The notes under the pieces: model-generated | Told to the model about the DNA's origin: nothing | The model's database searches: none | Seen by the model: the letters and a program-made list of their open reading frames with translations, nothing else | Made by a program: the position numbers and the translations under genes | IMG/VR virus record: IMGVR_UViG_3300032261_000011 | Location: 1-48,886 of that record | Source of the DNA: a virus | Taxonomy: Duplodnaviria; Caudoviricetes | Strand: one strand, 5' to 3' | Length of the DNA stretch: 48,886 bases | In this document: piece after piece, positions 18,069 through 25,677 of the stretch | Layout: every line of letters starts with the position of its first letter | Numbering within the stretch: position 1 is the stretch's first letter

Positions 18069-18701
18069 CTAGATCCGCCTCCTGAATCCGTCTGGCTCGG
18101 TTGGTTTGGATGGTCCGGGATCAGGCACGATATTAAGCACGGGCCCGGACTTTAGGTTGCTCGACTCTATGACCTTGAGCCGTTGCACCTTAGAACGTTC
18201 AACCGCCTTGTCCAGACGTGCCGCAAAGTCCAGGTTGACATTGACGGCAATCTGCCTCTTAGGATAGCCAGTTCGGTCGGCAGCGTCGGAGTGGATCATT
18301 ACCAGTTCGCGGAATGAAATGTCGTCAGGTTCGCAATCCCCGAGTTTATCGTTGATTAGTCGAGCAGACATTATTCGCGTAGCCGCAACCGTTTCGTAGT
18401 ATTCATCTCGTTCTTGGATAAACTCGGTTGTGTCGAGGCTACGGTAGTAAGCAATTAAGTCTTTCATCATTGGGCTTCGACTCAACGTTGAGATGCGAGT
18501 CACGGAATAGCCCGTTCGAAGGGCAACTTCTGAAACGCGAAGGCCCATCGCGAGAAGCTTTGCAATCATATGGTGGGAGTCTCGAATCTTTGCAATGTTC
18601 GAGACATTACCCTTCGTCGGAAGCGAAGCAGCCTCTTCCTCGGTTAATTCCTTAACCTCGGTTATTTCGATTTGCTTCGGTGGCCTTCCCCGCCCAATCA
18701 T
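18069..18701 (-). CDS. Putative terminase small subunit (HTH)
   Basis: HTH-like HHMIAKLLAMGLRVSEVALRTGYSVTRISTL; first gene of the late operon, upstream of terL. Confidence 0.65.
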   Translation of the reverse strand: MIGRGRPPKQIEITEVKELTEEEAASLPTKGNVSNIAKIRDSHHMIAKLLAMGLRVSEVALRTGYSVTRISTLSRSPMMKDLIAYYRSLDTTEFIQERDEYYETVAATRIMSARLINDKLGDCEPDDISFRELVMIHSDAADRTGYPKRQIAVNVNLDFAARLDKAVERSKVQRLKVIESSNLKSGPVLNIVPDPGPSKPTEPDGFRRRI

Positions 18702-18735
18702 GCGTCACCATTGGATACACTCCTCCCATTGTGCC

Positions 18736-18764
18736 AGGGTATCATAGGTCCGATTAAAAGTCAA
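18736..18764 (-). promoter_or_regulatory. Sigma70-type promoter for the late operon
   Basis: TTGACT-17 bp-TACCCT with extended TG. Confidence 0.75.
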
Positions 18765-18827
18765 GCGAAATCTTTTCTTAAATAGGTTCATGAGGCGATT
18801 AAGCTAGAGGGAAGATGAAAATTCTTT

Positions 18828-18856
18828 TTGACTTTTCTTCAAAAGTATGCTACAGT
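18828..18856 (+). promoter_or_regulatory. Sigma70-type promoter for the HNH gene
   Basis: TTGACT-17 bp-TACAGT with extended TG; followed by palindrome GGCCAATTTAATTGGCC. Confidence 0.65.
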
Positions 18857-18896
18857 ATAATGAGGCCAATTTAATTGGCCGAAATGGGAGATTCTA

Positions 18897-19361
18897 ATGA
18901 GTCATGGAACATTCAAAAAGAAATCAGGTAAGAACCGGGTTGAGTTCGTAATAGCAATCCAACTTCCTGACTTTACCTATGCAAACACCATGAGAAGCAG
19001 AGCGGTTGCCATGTTCGCCATGAAAGGAAGACTTTCCCAAGGTGTGCAAGTACATCATATTGATGGGAACAGTTTAAATGACATGCCATCGAATTTGGTT
19101 ATATGCAATCAGGAACAACATAGAATCCTAGATGCTTATTCTCTACTAAGGAGAGAAGGCTTTTCCGTTTCTGGCCCGTTATCACACCCCAAGTTATTGA
19201 ATGTCACTTACATTGGCAAACTCCTTTCCGACTCTGGAGACGTAGTTCACAAAGCTGTTACTTGGTGGAAAGAAGCGGCTTGGTATTGGTGGTTTGAAGA
19301 CAATGCAGTTGCGCACTCTTCTCTTCTATTATCCTTACCCAAGATTACACGACGCATCTAG
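18897..19361 (+). CDS. HNH endonuclease
   Basis: VHHIDGNSLNDMPSNLVICNQEQH; GGAG SD. Confidence 0.85.
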   Translation: MSHGTFKKKSGKNRVEFVIAIQLPDFTYANTMRSRAVAMFAMKGRLSQGVQVHHIDGNSLNDMPSNLVICNQEQHRILDAYSLLRREGFSVSGPLSHPKLLNVTYIGKLLSDSGDVVHKAVTWWKEAAWYWWFEDNAVAHSSLLLSLPKITRRI

Positions 19362-19465
19362 GATATGGGTGTTGGTTTTATTAAAAAATTTGCGCGTGGC
19401 CTCTCTGGCCGCCTGAAGTGGTAAATTTTGGGGGCGGGTGGGTCAAGTGGCAGAAATGTTACAGT

Positions 19466-19491
19466 GAACAGGACCGGAACGAACAACGAAC
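19466..19491 (+). promoter_or_regulatory. Tandem alphaproteobacterial LexA-like boxes
   Basis: GAAC at 19466, 19477 and 19488 (GAAC-N7-GAAC twice). Confidence 0.55.
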
Positions 19492-19650
19492 AAACCACGA
19501 CCGATATGCGAATCGTGCATGGTAGGAATGCGAACAAACATGGCTCACGCCTTATTTTCGCCACAATCGAGGTGCTTCCTTGGCGTCACGTTCGGCATGG
19601 TAGCCGGACGGGCTACCTTGCATTGAACGGTCCTGACGATGGAGTTTGTC

Positions 19651-19965
19651 ATGGCTGAACAATTCAAGGCTAAGTGGCAAGAGATCGACCCCAAGACATT
19701 GAACCAAGCGGGGAAAGATGCTTGGTTCGGCTGGCAGGCGGCCCTTGATCGGGCAAAGAAGGACAAGCAGACGCTTACCGATGTCCTTCGTGCTCAGCAT
19801 GCCAGCGAAATCCCGGCCGACATGGAGTTAATCGTGTCGGGTGGAAAGTGGAATAACCGCTTGTCCGTTGCGGTCGTTCCAAAGGAGGGTGCAAGCGGCA
19901 GCCGCAAGGCAACGTCGCTGGTGGCTTTCCTGGCGGAGTGCAATGCAAACGGACACGCCGCTTAG
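19651..19965 (+). CDS. Early hypothetical protein (104 aa)
   Basis: GGAG SD; preceded by hairpin GGTAGCC/GGCTACC. Confidence 0.7.
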   Translation: MAEQFKAKWQEIDPKTLNQAGKDAWFGWQAALDRAKKDKQTLTDVLRAQHASEIPADMELIVSGGKWNNRLSVAVVPKEGASGSRKATSLVAFLAECNANGHAA

Positions 19966-19967
19966 TC

Positions 19968-19982
19968 GTTCCCCGTTCGTTC
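19968..19982 (+). promoter_or_regulatory. LexA-like box (GTTC-N7-GTTC)
   Basis: GTTCCCCGTTCGTTC. Confidence 0.4.
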
Positions 19983-20017
19983 CGAAACCCGCTGCGGACC
20001 CCCGTGGCGGGTTTCGG
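19982..20017 (+). other. Strong 16-bp stem-loop (processing or termination site)
   Basis: CCGAAACCCGCTGCGG-ACCC-CCGTGGCGGGTTTCGG; no clean U-tract. Confidence 0.6.
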
Positions 20018-20126
20018 GCTTCTCCAGGGGGAGCGGTAAGGGGCGAGCACCGAAAACGAACCAGCGGGCTCTCCAACGCGAATGCGGGGCTATCGGTTGC
20101 GAACGGTCGGTCGAATTCGCGGCGGT

Positions 20127-20395
20127 CTAGTGTCGCCTAATATGCCCTAGTGTTTTCTGATTATCCCTACAATAGCTCTACAATAGCTCTCATATGTTCT
20201 GATTGCCTAGTCCTGGGGGTAGGCTATGGGTGTGGGTAGTTGTGCTTTGGTTGGGTTCTTATATACTTTTTTTTTTTTTAAAGACAAGAAAACAAGTCAC
20301 CGAACCCTATTGCTACCCCCCCTGCGTCCTAGGCAATGAGGACATATGAGGGCTACACTAGGGCAACTGTAGAGCAAATCAGGGAACACTAGGCA
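20127..20395. repeat. Long imperfect palindrome of 10-11 bp repeats around a T13 tract; candidate replication origin
   Basis: Left arm units CTAGTGTTTT/CTGATTATCC/CTACAATAGCT x2/CTCATATGTT mirrored by right arm ACATATGAGGG/.../AATCAGGGAACACTAGG; T13 at 20267-20279; non-coding. Confidence 0.75.
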
Positions 20396-20405
20396 AAGAT
20401 TGTGC

Positions 20406-20434
20406 TTGACTTTGACTTGAAACTGTGCTACCCT
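20406..20434 (+). promoter_or_regulatory. Sigma70-type early promoter
   Basis: TTGACT-17 bp-TACCCT with extended TG. Confidence 0.75.
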
Positions 20435-20515
20435 AAGACAATGGGCGAACTCTAACCGCGAAAGGAGCATCTACCAAAGCGGCATTACTCAACTGAAACA
20501 GAAAGGCTGACGGCA

Positions 20516-20713
20516 ATGAATGATCTGCAAGACAAGCGTAGAGCAATGGCCCACGAATGGGCAATATATGCCAAATCGAAGGAAGGACCCGGCAGCTCGA
20601 TCGTCGCGCCCTTCGCGTCCTATGACGCGGCGTTAGCCTGGGCCAAGGCCAATTGGTCTCAGCATATCGAGTGGAGCGTCGCGACTCTCTACAGACCGGA
20701 GGACTACCGATGA
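20516..20713 (+). CDS. Early hypothetical protein (65 aa)
   Basis: AAAGG SD; first ORF after the promoter. Confidence 0.6.
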   Translation: MNDLQDKRRAMAHEWAIYAKSKEGPGSSIVAPFASYDAALAWAKANWSQHIEWSVATLYRPEDYR

Positions 20714-20812
20714 AAACCCTACGCCAACTGAGCAACAAGATGTACTACAAGTACAACAAAGAGGAGGAAAAATGGATAAAGTAAAATGGGCTCAACGAAA
20801 GGAGCAATAACT

Positions 20813-21022
20813 ATGTACACTGAACGCAACTTCAAGACCAAGAAAGCCCTCAAAGCCGCAGTCGAATCTGGCGAAAAGGTCCATTACTATCAACCCGGAC
20901 CCTTTGGCGGTCAAGAGCCACGCGACGGAACGATCTATGTCGAAGGGCCACACTACCCTGAACCGCACCGTTGGTATGCTTCATGCACGGTTGCCAACGG
21001 CGTCATCACCAAAGTCAAGTAA
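20813..21022 (+). CDS. Conserved small phage protein (MYTERNFKTKKALKAAV...EGPHYPEPHRWYA)
   Basis: AAAGGAG SD before ATG 20813. Confidence 0.75.
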   Translation: MYTERNFKTKKALKAAVESGEKVHYYQPGPFGGQEPRDGTIYVEGPHYPEPHRWYASCTVANGVITKVK

Positions 21023-21071
21023 AGTTGCAATCGAAGCCCTTAGGTCAGAGATAAGGGCTTCAGTGGCAACT
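21023..21071 (+). other. Long intergenic hairpin before an SD (possible RNase III site)
   Basis: AGTTGC..GAAGCCCTTA-loop-TAAGGGCTTC..GCAACT followed by AAAGGAG. Confidence 0.55.
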
Positions 21072-21088
21072 CAGAAAGGAGTCAAGGC

Positions 21089-21316
21089 ATGGTAACACCT
21101 GAAGCATGGCGCGAACGCCAACCAAAGAAGAACCCACGCAAACCTTGCTGTTGGGTTTGTGGCGAATCCACTGGAGCAATCTTTGGATTCACCAATGCTC
21201 TTCGTAGGGCAGGCTATCGCTTACGTTCAAACGAAATTGGATATGCACATACTCGTTGCTTAGTCAAGGCTAACCGAGAGCATCAGCAACACAAAGCCCG
21301 GAGCTTCAATCTATGA
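21089..21316 (+). CDS. Small Zn-binding-like protein (CxxC...HxxC)
   Basis: AAAGGAG SD; CWVC and HTRC. Confidence 0.6.
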   Translation: MVTPEAWRERQPKKNPRKPCCWVCGESTGAIFGFTNALRRAGYRLRSNEIGYAHTRCLVKANREHQQHKARSFNL

Positions 21317-21729
21317 CCAACGAATTCTCTGTCTATTGGTGGGACCAAACTGGAGGTCAATATGAAGAACTCCGTTTCGTTTCCGCCGAAGAAGCAACGA
21401 AAGCAGCACAACGCCTAACCAAAGGCCCTGCTTCACGCTTAGGTATCGTTGATCGTGTAATCATCACCGATGGTGGCGATTGCATTTGCTTTGAATGGAA
21501 TGCCAGACAAGGCTTAATCTTCCCCATGGCCGGGAGCAAGCGAAAGCCGCCTGAAGCAAAGGTAAGGCTGCTCAGAAACCTGAACGGAGACGACATACAA
21601 GTGTCTCTTGAAGGCGGTCTGGTTTACATTGAAATAGACACTCATTCAAGTGAGGGTTTGACACTCGTGGAACTCTCACGCGAGGAAGCCTCACAACTTG
21701 CAAAAGCTCTAGAGTGGGTAATAACATGA
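21313..21729 (+). CDS. Hypothetical protein (138 aa)
   Basis: ATGA coupling; EFSVYWW...RVIITDGGDC.CFEW. Confidence 0.7.
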   Translation: MTNEFSVYWWDQTGGQYEELRFVSAEEATKAAQRLTKGPASRLGIVDRVIITDGGDCICFEWNARQGLIFPMAGSKRKPPEAKVRLLRNLNGDDIQVSLEGGLVYIEIDTHSSEGLTLVELSREEASQLAKALEWVIT

Positions 21730-21782
21730 TACCAGTACAAGCCCAAGGGCGGCTATTGGACAACTGTAATAGGGGATAGCCA

Positions 21783-22010
21783 ATGAAGATCTACCACATT
21801 CGTATTCCCGCTCGAAACAAAGCCTCCGATCTAAAGGAGGTTAAGCTAAAGCCCAAGCCCAGGTATCAGGCAGTAAACCCATCTGAACCGCCTGAACCTG
21901 TGCTTGGCAAATCTCGCAAGGCCAAAGTCTACGATGCTAAAATCGAATCGCCAACGCCAACGGACATTCTTCTTCGTGCCCTTGGCCTAAAACAGAAAGG
22001 AAAGCCATGA
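21783..22010 (+). CDS. Hypothetical basic protein (75 aa)
   Basis: GGGG SD; operon packing. Confidence 0.55.
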   Translation: MKIYHIRIPARNKASDLKEVKLKPKPRYQAVNPSEPPEPVLGKSRKAKVYDAKIESPTPTDILLRALGLKQKGKP

Positions 22011-22087
22011 GCATCTATGGGCAAGTAACCGTGCTGCTTATGGCTATCGCTCTCGCAATCTTTATCCTTGGAATCTTCATGGAGTAA
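22007..22087 (+). CDS. Small membrane peptide (26 aa)
   Basis: Hand-translated MSIYGQVTVLLMAIALAIFILGIFME; AAAGGA SD; ATGA overlap. Confidence 0.5.
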   Translation: MSIYGQVTVLLMAIALAIFILGIFME

Positions 22088-22090
22088 AGT

Positions 22091-22351
22091 ATGAAACCAC
22101 CTCACATGACTCCAATGCACTTCGAGTATATCGCTCATATCATCAACCATTGCATTCACAACGAATGCCAGAAAGGAGAAATCGCACTTATCTTTCGCAA
22201 CTATCTCAAAGCCACGAATCCAAAGTTCAACTCGGATTTGTTCCTTCGCGCCTGTCTCAAAGGAGATCTCACATTGATTCAAAGCTACGATCTTAGTGAG
22301 ACTTCTCCTGAACAATTGCATCGAATCATCAAAGATGCCATTGAAGAATGA
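22091..22351 (+). CDS. Hypothetical protein (86 aa)
   Basis: GGAG SD; HFEYIA...TNPKFNSDLFLRAC pattern seen in phage early proteins. Confidence 0.7.
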   Translation: MKPPHMTPMHFEYIAHIINHCIHNECQKGEIALIFRNYLKATNPKFNSDLFLRACLKGDLTLIQSYDLSETSPEQLHRIIKDAIEE

Positions 22352-22354
22352 GGG

Positions 22355-22369
22355 GAACGAAACGGGAAC
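22355..22369 (+). promoter_or_regulatory. Alphaproteobacterial LexA-like box
   Basis: GAACGAAACGGGAAC, intergenic, ~47 bp upstream of a -35 element. Confidence 0.55.
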
Positions 22370-22415
22370 AAATTGAGGCATGAAAATCTGCATACCAGCC
22401 ATGCAAAGAAACATG

Positions 22416-22444
22416 TTGACACGGCTGTCCACATGTGCTACCGT
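22416..22444 (+). promoter_or_regulatory. Sigma70-type promoter followed by a 15-bp hairpin (22446-22485)
   Basis: TTGACA-17 bp-TACCGT with extended TG; GGGGAACGGTGGGAA/TTCTCACCGTTCCCC. Confidence 0.7.
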
Positions 22445-22526
22445 GGGGGAACGGTGGGAAAGGTATTGCGTTCTCACCGTTCCCCTCTGTCTAACGCAAC
22501 GCCTAGGCCGCAGAAAGGTCAAGGCG

Positions 22527-22748
22527 ATGAAAGAAATAAAGGAAGCTATGAACGCGATGGAACAAGGCTTGTTCGCATTCGCTCCTGAAGCCAAAGTCAA
22601 TGCTGTAGCTTGTGCTGCTGTTAGCTTGCTCGCCAATCTAATCAAGATTATCGAGCAAGAGCCGCAGTTCCGGTCACAGATGGTTGACGAAGTAACGTTG
22701 TGGATACGCGAAGATGTCTTTGCTCCAAAAGCAAAGCTCGATGCGTAG
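22527..22748 (+). CDS. Hypothetical protein (73 aa)
   Basis: Start moved to ATG 22527 (AAGG SD) because the upstream part of the ORF is promoter DNA. Confidence 0.55.
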   Translation: MKEIKEAMNAMEQGLFAFAPEAKVNAVACAAVSLLANLIKIIEQEPQFRSQMVDEVTLWIREDVFAPKAKLDA

Positions 22749-22908
22749 TCGGTTCTTCTACTGTCGGTGTGGCTGTGCATTCTCTACCAAACGTTGGCTC
22801 AACAATCATCTAAAGTTCTGTGCTGAACCTGACAAACATGATCGAGTTGGCCAAGCTGAATGGTGGTCGAGGCGCATGGCTCAATACCGTTCTCTCAGAG
22901 AAGGCTAA
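22741..22908 (+). CDS. Small zinc-finger-like protein
   Basis: YCRCGCAFSTKRWLNNHLKFC resembles a C2H2/C2HC finger. Confidence 0.55.
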   Translation: MRSRFFYCRCGCAFSTKRWLNNHLKFCAEPDKHDRVGQAEWWSRRMAQYRSLREG

Positions 22909-22996
22909 CCTCAGGAATAGCGGCCTAGACGCTGCGTTGGATATCGTAGTGGAGATCGAATGCAGAATACGACTGACCATCAAACAAAGGAGTTAT

Positions 22997-23608
22997 ATGA
23001 TGGCCGATAACCAAGACGTTCTCGAGCTCTACGTTGCCAAAGCTGGCAAGTCCTTCGACATCAATACCCAAGAGATTCCGCTTGAAGTCTACACCGAAGC
23101 ACTTCGCATCGGTCTAGTCCAAATGGCATCTCGCGGCCTTACCAAAGTCGCAAACAAAGGACTCGAAGGTGAAGCTCTCGAAGCTGCTCAAGCTGCGGCA
23201 GAAGCGATCGTTGTCAAAAACATCCAGTCAATCAAGGAAGGCACCGTTCGCATTGCCAGTAAGAAAGATGAGAAGGTGGCAGGCGGCGAACGTTCTGTCA
23301 TGGCTCTCGCTCGCAAAGACGCTCTCAACATCGTCAAGCAAATGATGAGAGCACAGAAGATCCGACAGAAAGACGTCGGAAAGAAGGCAATGGCTCAAGC
23401 TGCCGAAGCCTACTTGCTCTCCGATTCTGGCAAGAAAGTCATCGAACGTGCCAGGGTCAAGATCACGGAGACAACGGCCGAAGCAGCCAAGGCAACCCAA
23501 GACTCCACTCTCCTTGACTTGCTCAAGGATATGCCCCGTACAACCACTGTTACGAAAGGAGGGCCGATCAGCGCAATTCAAGCCAGACAGCCCAGGCCCA
23601 GGGCTTAA
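22997..23608 (+). CDS. Hypothetical Ala/Lys-rich helical protein (203 aa)
   Basis: AAAGGAG SD before ATG 22997. Confidence 0.75.
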   Translation: MMADNQDVLELYVAKAGKSFDINTQEIPLEVYTEALRIGLVQMASRGLTKVANKGLEGEALEAAQAAAEAIVVKNIQSIKEGTVRIASKKDEKVAGGERSVMALARKDALNIVKQMMRAQKIRQKDVGKKAMAQAAEAYLLSDSGKKVIERARVKITETTAEAAKATQDSTLLDLLKDMPRTTTVTKGGPISAIQARQPRPRA

Positions 23609-23657
23609 TGGGCAACGTACCGAACCCAAAGGCGAAACCGTACAAAGGAGCATCTAA

Positions 23658-24266
23658 ATGGATGGCTTCCAACCAGTAACGGAGGGTGAAGTGAAAGAGT
23701 TCTTCTCCCGTGTCGTTGACTCCATTGCCTCATACTCCACGCAAGTCAGGGAGCTTGAGCAACTGAAGTCTGACTTCCAAGCTCTTCGAACGGATCTGCA
23801 AGAGGTCCGCAACCGCAATGAGGAACTCTCTCGTGAACTCAGCAAGGCAAAGGACGATTACACCTCTGTCCAAGCTGAGAGGGACGAAGCAAGACGGAAC
23901 GAAGAGGATCAACGGGACCGAATCCAATTGCAGGAGGATCTTATCCTTCGGCGTGACGTTCGGGTCAAAGAACTGGAGGACCAAGTTGCCAATCTCGAAG
24001 GTGAACTTGGCAAAGCCAGAGCAGACCTGCGTTGGACTCAAAGCGATCTTGAGTCCGCTCGCCGTGACCGAGACACAGCTAGACAAAAGCTGTCGGCGTT
24101 CCAGGGTTCCTTTAAGGCCCTTATGCAGGATATCCAGAACTCCACGGCTCCTGTGGTTCACGAGGCCCCGGAGCCTGTGCCAGACTATCCAAAGCCTGAG
24201 CTTGAGGCTGAATCCAACCCGGAGGTATCCTACAATATCCCCGGACTCAAGGCTGTAAACGACTAA
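23658..24266 (+). CDS. Long coiled-coil protein (202 aa)
   Basis: AAAGGAG SD; ~130 aa of heptads. Confidence 0.8.
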   Translation: MDGFQPVTEGEVKEFFSRVVDSIASYSTQVRELEQLKSDFQALRTDLQEVRNRNEELSRELSKAKDDYTSVQAERDEARRNEEDQRDRIQLQEDLILRRDVRVKELEDQVANLEGELGKARADLRWTQSDLESARRDRDTARQKLSAFQGSFKALMQDIQNSTAPVVHEAPEPVPDYPKPELEAESNPEVSYNIPGLKAVND

Positions 24267-24287
24267 ACCTTCAGCCGTGACTAACTT

Positions 24288-24320
24288 GGCCCCTGAGAAA
24301 CCACTCGGGGCCTTTTTATT
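24288..24320 (+). terminator. Rho-independent terminator
   Basis: GGCCCC(T)GAG-loop-CTCGGGGCC followed by TTTTTATT. Confidence 0.8.
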
Positions 24321-24330
24321 AGGAGAGCAT

Positions 24331-24364
24331 AAATCAGGAAACACCAGGGAACACTAGGGAAGAT
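24331..24364 (+). repeat. Three 10-bp direct repeats matching the palindrome unit
   Basis: CAGGAAACAC CAGGGAACAC TAGGGAAGAT versus CAGGGAACACTAGG at 20380-20393. Confidence 0.7.
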
Positions 24365-24375
24365 CAAGATTTCGC

Positions 24376-24404
24376 TTGACTTTTCTTTTTACTTGTGGTA
24401 ACGT
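24376..24404 (+). promoter_or_regulatory. Sigma70-type promoter for the replication operon
   Basis: TTGACT-17 bp-TAACGT with extended TG. Confidence 0.75.
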
Positions 24405-24421
24405 GGGACAATGGGCTTCCT

Positions 24422-25126
24422 ATGAACTGGCGTGACTACATAACTCAATGTGTCATTTGCGGCAACCCTCTCCGCGAAGGGAGAATATTAACTTGTTCAA
24501 CAGAATGCCATCATATTCGAAGGGGATGGGCAATCTATGACCGCGACAAGAATGAAAAGCTAAAAAAGGGACTTTTTAAAAGAAGTTGGGATAATGGCTT
24601 TAGTGACAAGTGTGTGACCGAAAAAGATAGGAGGAATGCTTTGCCTCCAATGAAGCGAGCAGAACTGGACAAACTTGTTACCGATTACTTGAGCAAAGGA
24701 GGAACAATCACACGAGCTACCGGAAGAAAAACTTGGATACAATATACCTTAAAGGATGTGGAAACTATCAACAGAATCTTCGAACAAATGGGAATCAAAC
24801 CAATGACAAATCCTGGCCCATATCTGATTCTTCACAAAGTCCGTGGCGAACCTGAGTTCGATATCGCCATTCCCTTGCAAATAGGCAACGAAGAAGGTTG
24901 GATCATTCCTACCTCCGGCCATCGTGCTTATCCTGCAAAGGCATGGCGGTTGGCTGAACTCAATGTCCCTCCCTTCGAAGCCTTCACAACCGGCACGAAT
25001 TGGGACCAGCTCCCCGACCATTACCAAGTCAATGGTGGTGATGCTCCAGCTATGTCAATGGAGCAATTCTTCACCCAACTCGGCGTCGAGAAACCAAAGC
25101 ATCAAACCGTTACAAGGAGAGTCTAA
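24422..25126 (+). CDS. Hypothetical protein with N-terminal Zn ribbon
   Basis: CVICG...TCSTEC; appears to be a multi-module fusion. Confidence 0.65.
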   Translation: MNWRDYITQCVICGNPLREGRILTCSTECHHIRRGWAIYDRDKNEKLKKGLFKRSWDNGFSDKCVTEKDRRNALPPMKRAELDKLVTDYLSKGGTITRATGRKTWIQYTLKDVETINRIFEQMGIKPMTNPGPYLILHKVRGEPEFDIAIPLQIGNEEGWIIPTSGHRAYPAKAWRLAELNVPPFEAFTTGTNWDQLPDHYQVNGGDAPAMSMEQFFTQLGVEKPKHQTVTRRV

Positions 25127-25272
25127 TGGGTCAGTTCCGAACTCTTGCTCGCAAGATTGACCATCAAAAGCTAAGTCAACTCATTGTTCAGGGTAAATTC
25201 GTTAAAGGCCGCAATGGTCTTCTCCACCGGTACGAGAAGCCAAAGCCCAAGACTTTAACTCGGAGGGTCTAA
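25126..25272 (+). CDS. Small basic protein (48 aa)
   Basis: Hand-translated MGQFRTLARKIDH...TLTRRV; TAATG couplings on both sides; AGGAG SD. Confidence 0.6.
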   Translation: MGQFRTLARKIDHQKLSQLIVQGKFVKGRNGLLHRYEKPKPKTLTRRV

Positions 25273-25472
25273 TGTCCGTTCCCACCGTTGGTGAATGCTA
25301 TACTCAACTTGGCTATCATCTTGTCATGGCTCAAGAGAAAGCTGCTATGCTGGCGCATTTATTCAATGCTGAAGGCCGAACGCAGATGGGCATTATGTGG
25401 CTTGGAGTAGCTGAGAACTTCAAGAAGACTCAATATCAGCTTTCCAAACTCATTGAGGGAAGGCTCCAATGA
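25272..25472 (+). CDS. Hypothetical protein (66 aa)
   Basis: GGAGG SD; TAATG coupling. Confidence 0.65.
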   Translation: MSVPTVGECYTQLGYHLVMAQEKAAMLAHLFNAEGRTQMGIMWLGVAENFKKTQYQLSKLIEGRLQ

Positions 25473-25485
25473 AGTGGTTCCAAGA

Positions 25486-25677
25486 ATGACCCAATGGGTT
25501 ATGATCGTCTTCATCACCGCTGAGCTTTGGATACCAATCGAGGCCTTCAACTCAGAAGATGAATGCTATGCCTACTTGAATAAATGGGAGCTATTCGAGA
25601 ACGTCAAGGCAACTTGCTTGCCAGCAACTGTAGAGGAAGAGCATGTCAGCCGGCGACATAGACGACGTAGTAGGTGA
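25486..25677 (+). CDS. Small protein with hydrophobic N-terminus
   Basis: WVMIVFIT...FNSEDEC...ATCLP. Confidence 0.5.
   Translation: MTQWVMIVFITAELWIPIEAFNSEDECYAYLNKWELFENVKATCLPATVEEEHVSRRHRRRSR

Noticed and set aside
17956-18069. TerS-TerL read-through fusion
   Set aside because: The frames differ, and the terL frame has a TGA within the spacer.
19418-19446. Leftward promoter (TTGACC...TACCAC) or physical genome end near 19.4 kb
   Set aside because: The -10 lacks the conserved final T, and termini cannot be determined without reads.
20127-20395. CRISPR array
   Set aside because: The units are 10-11 bp, degenerate, inverted and have no spacers; the Cas4-like gene lies in a recombination context.
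21929-22780. 283-aa minus-strand ORF and other long antisense ORFs (e.g. 11043-11681, 23730-24344, 29946-30554)
   Set aside because: Shadow frames opposite well-supported genes or promoters, with no motifs or SDs.
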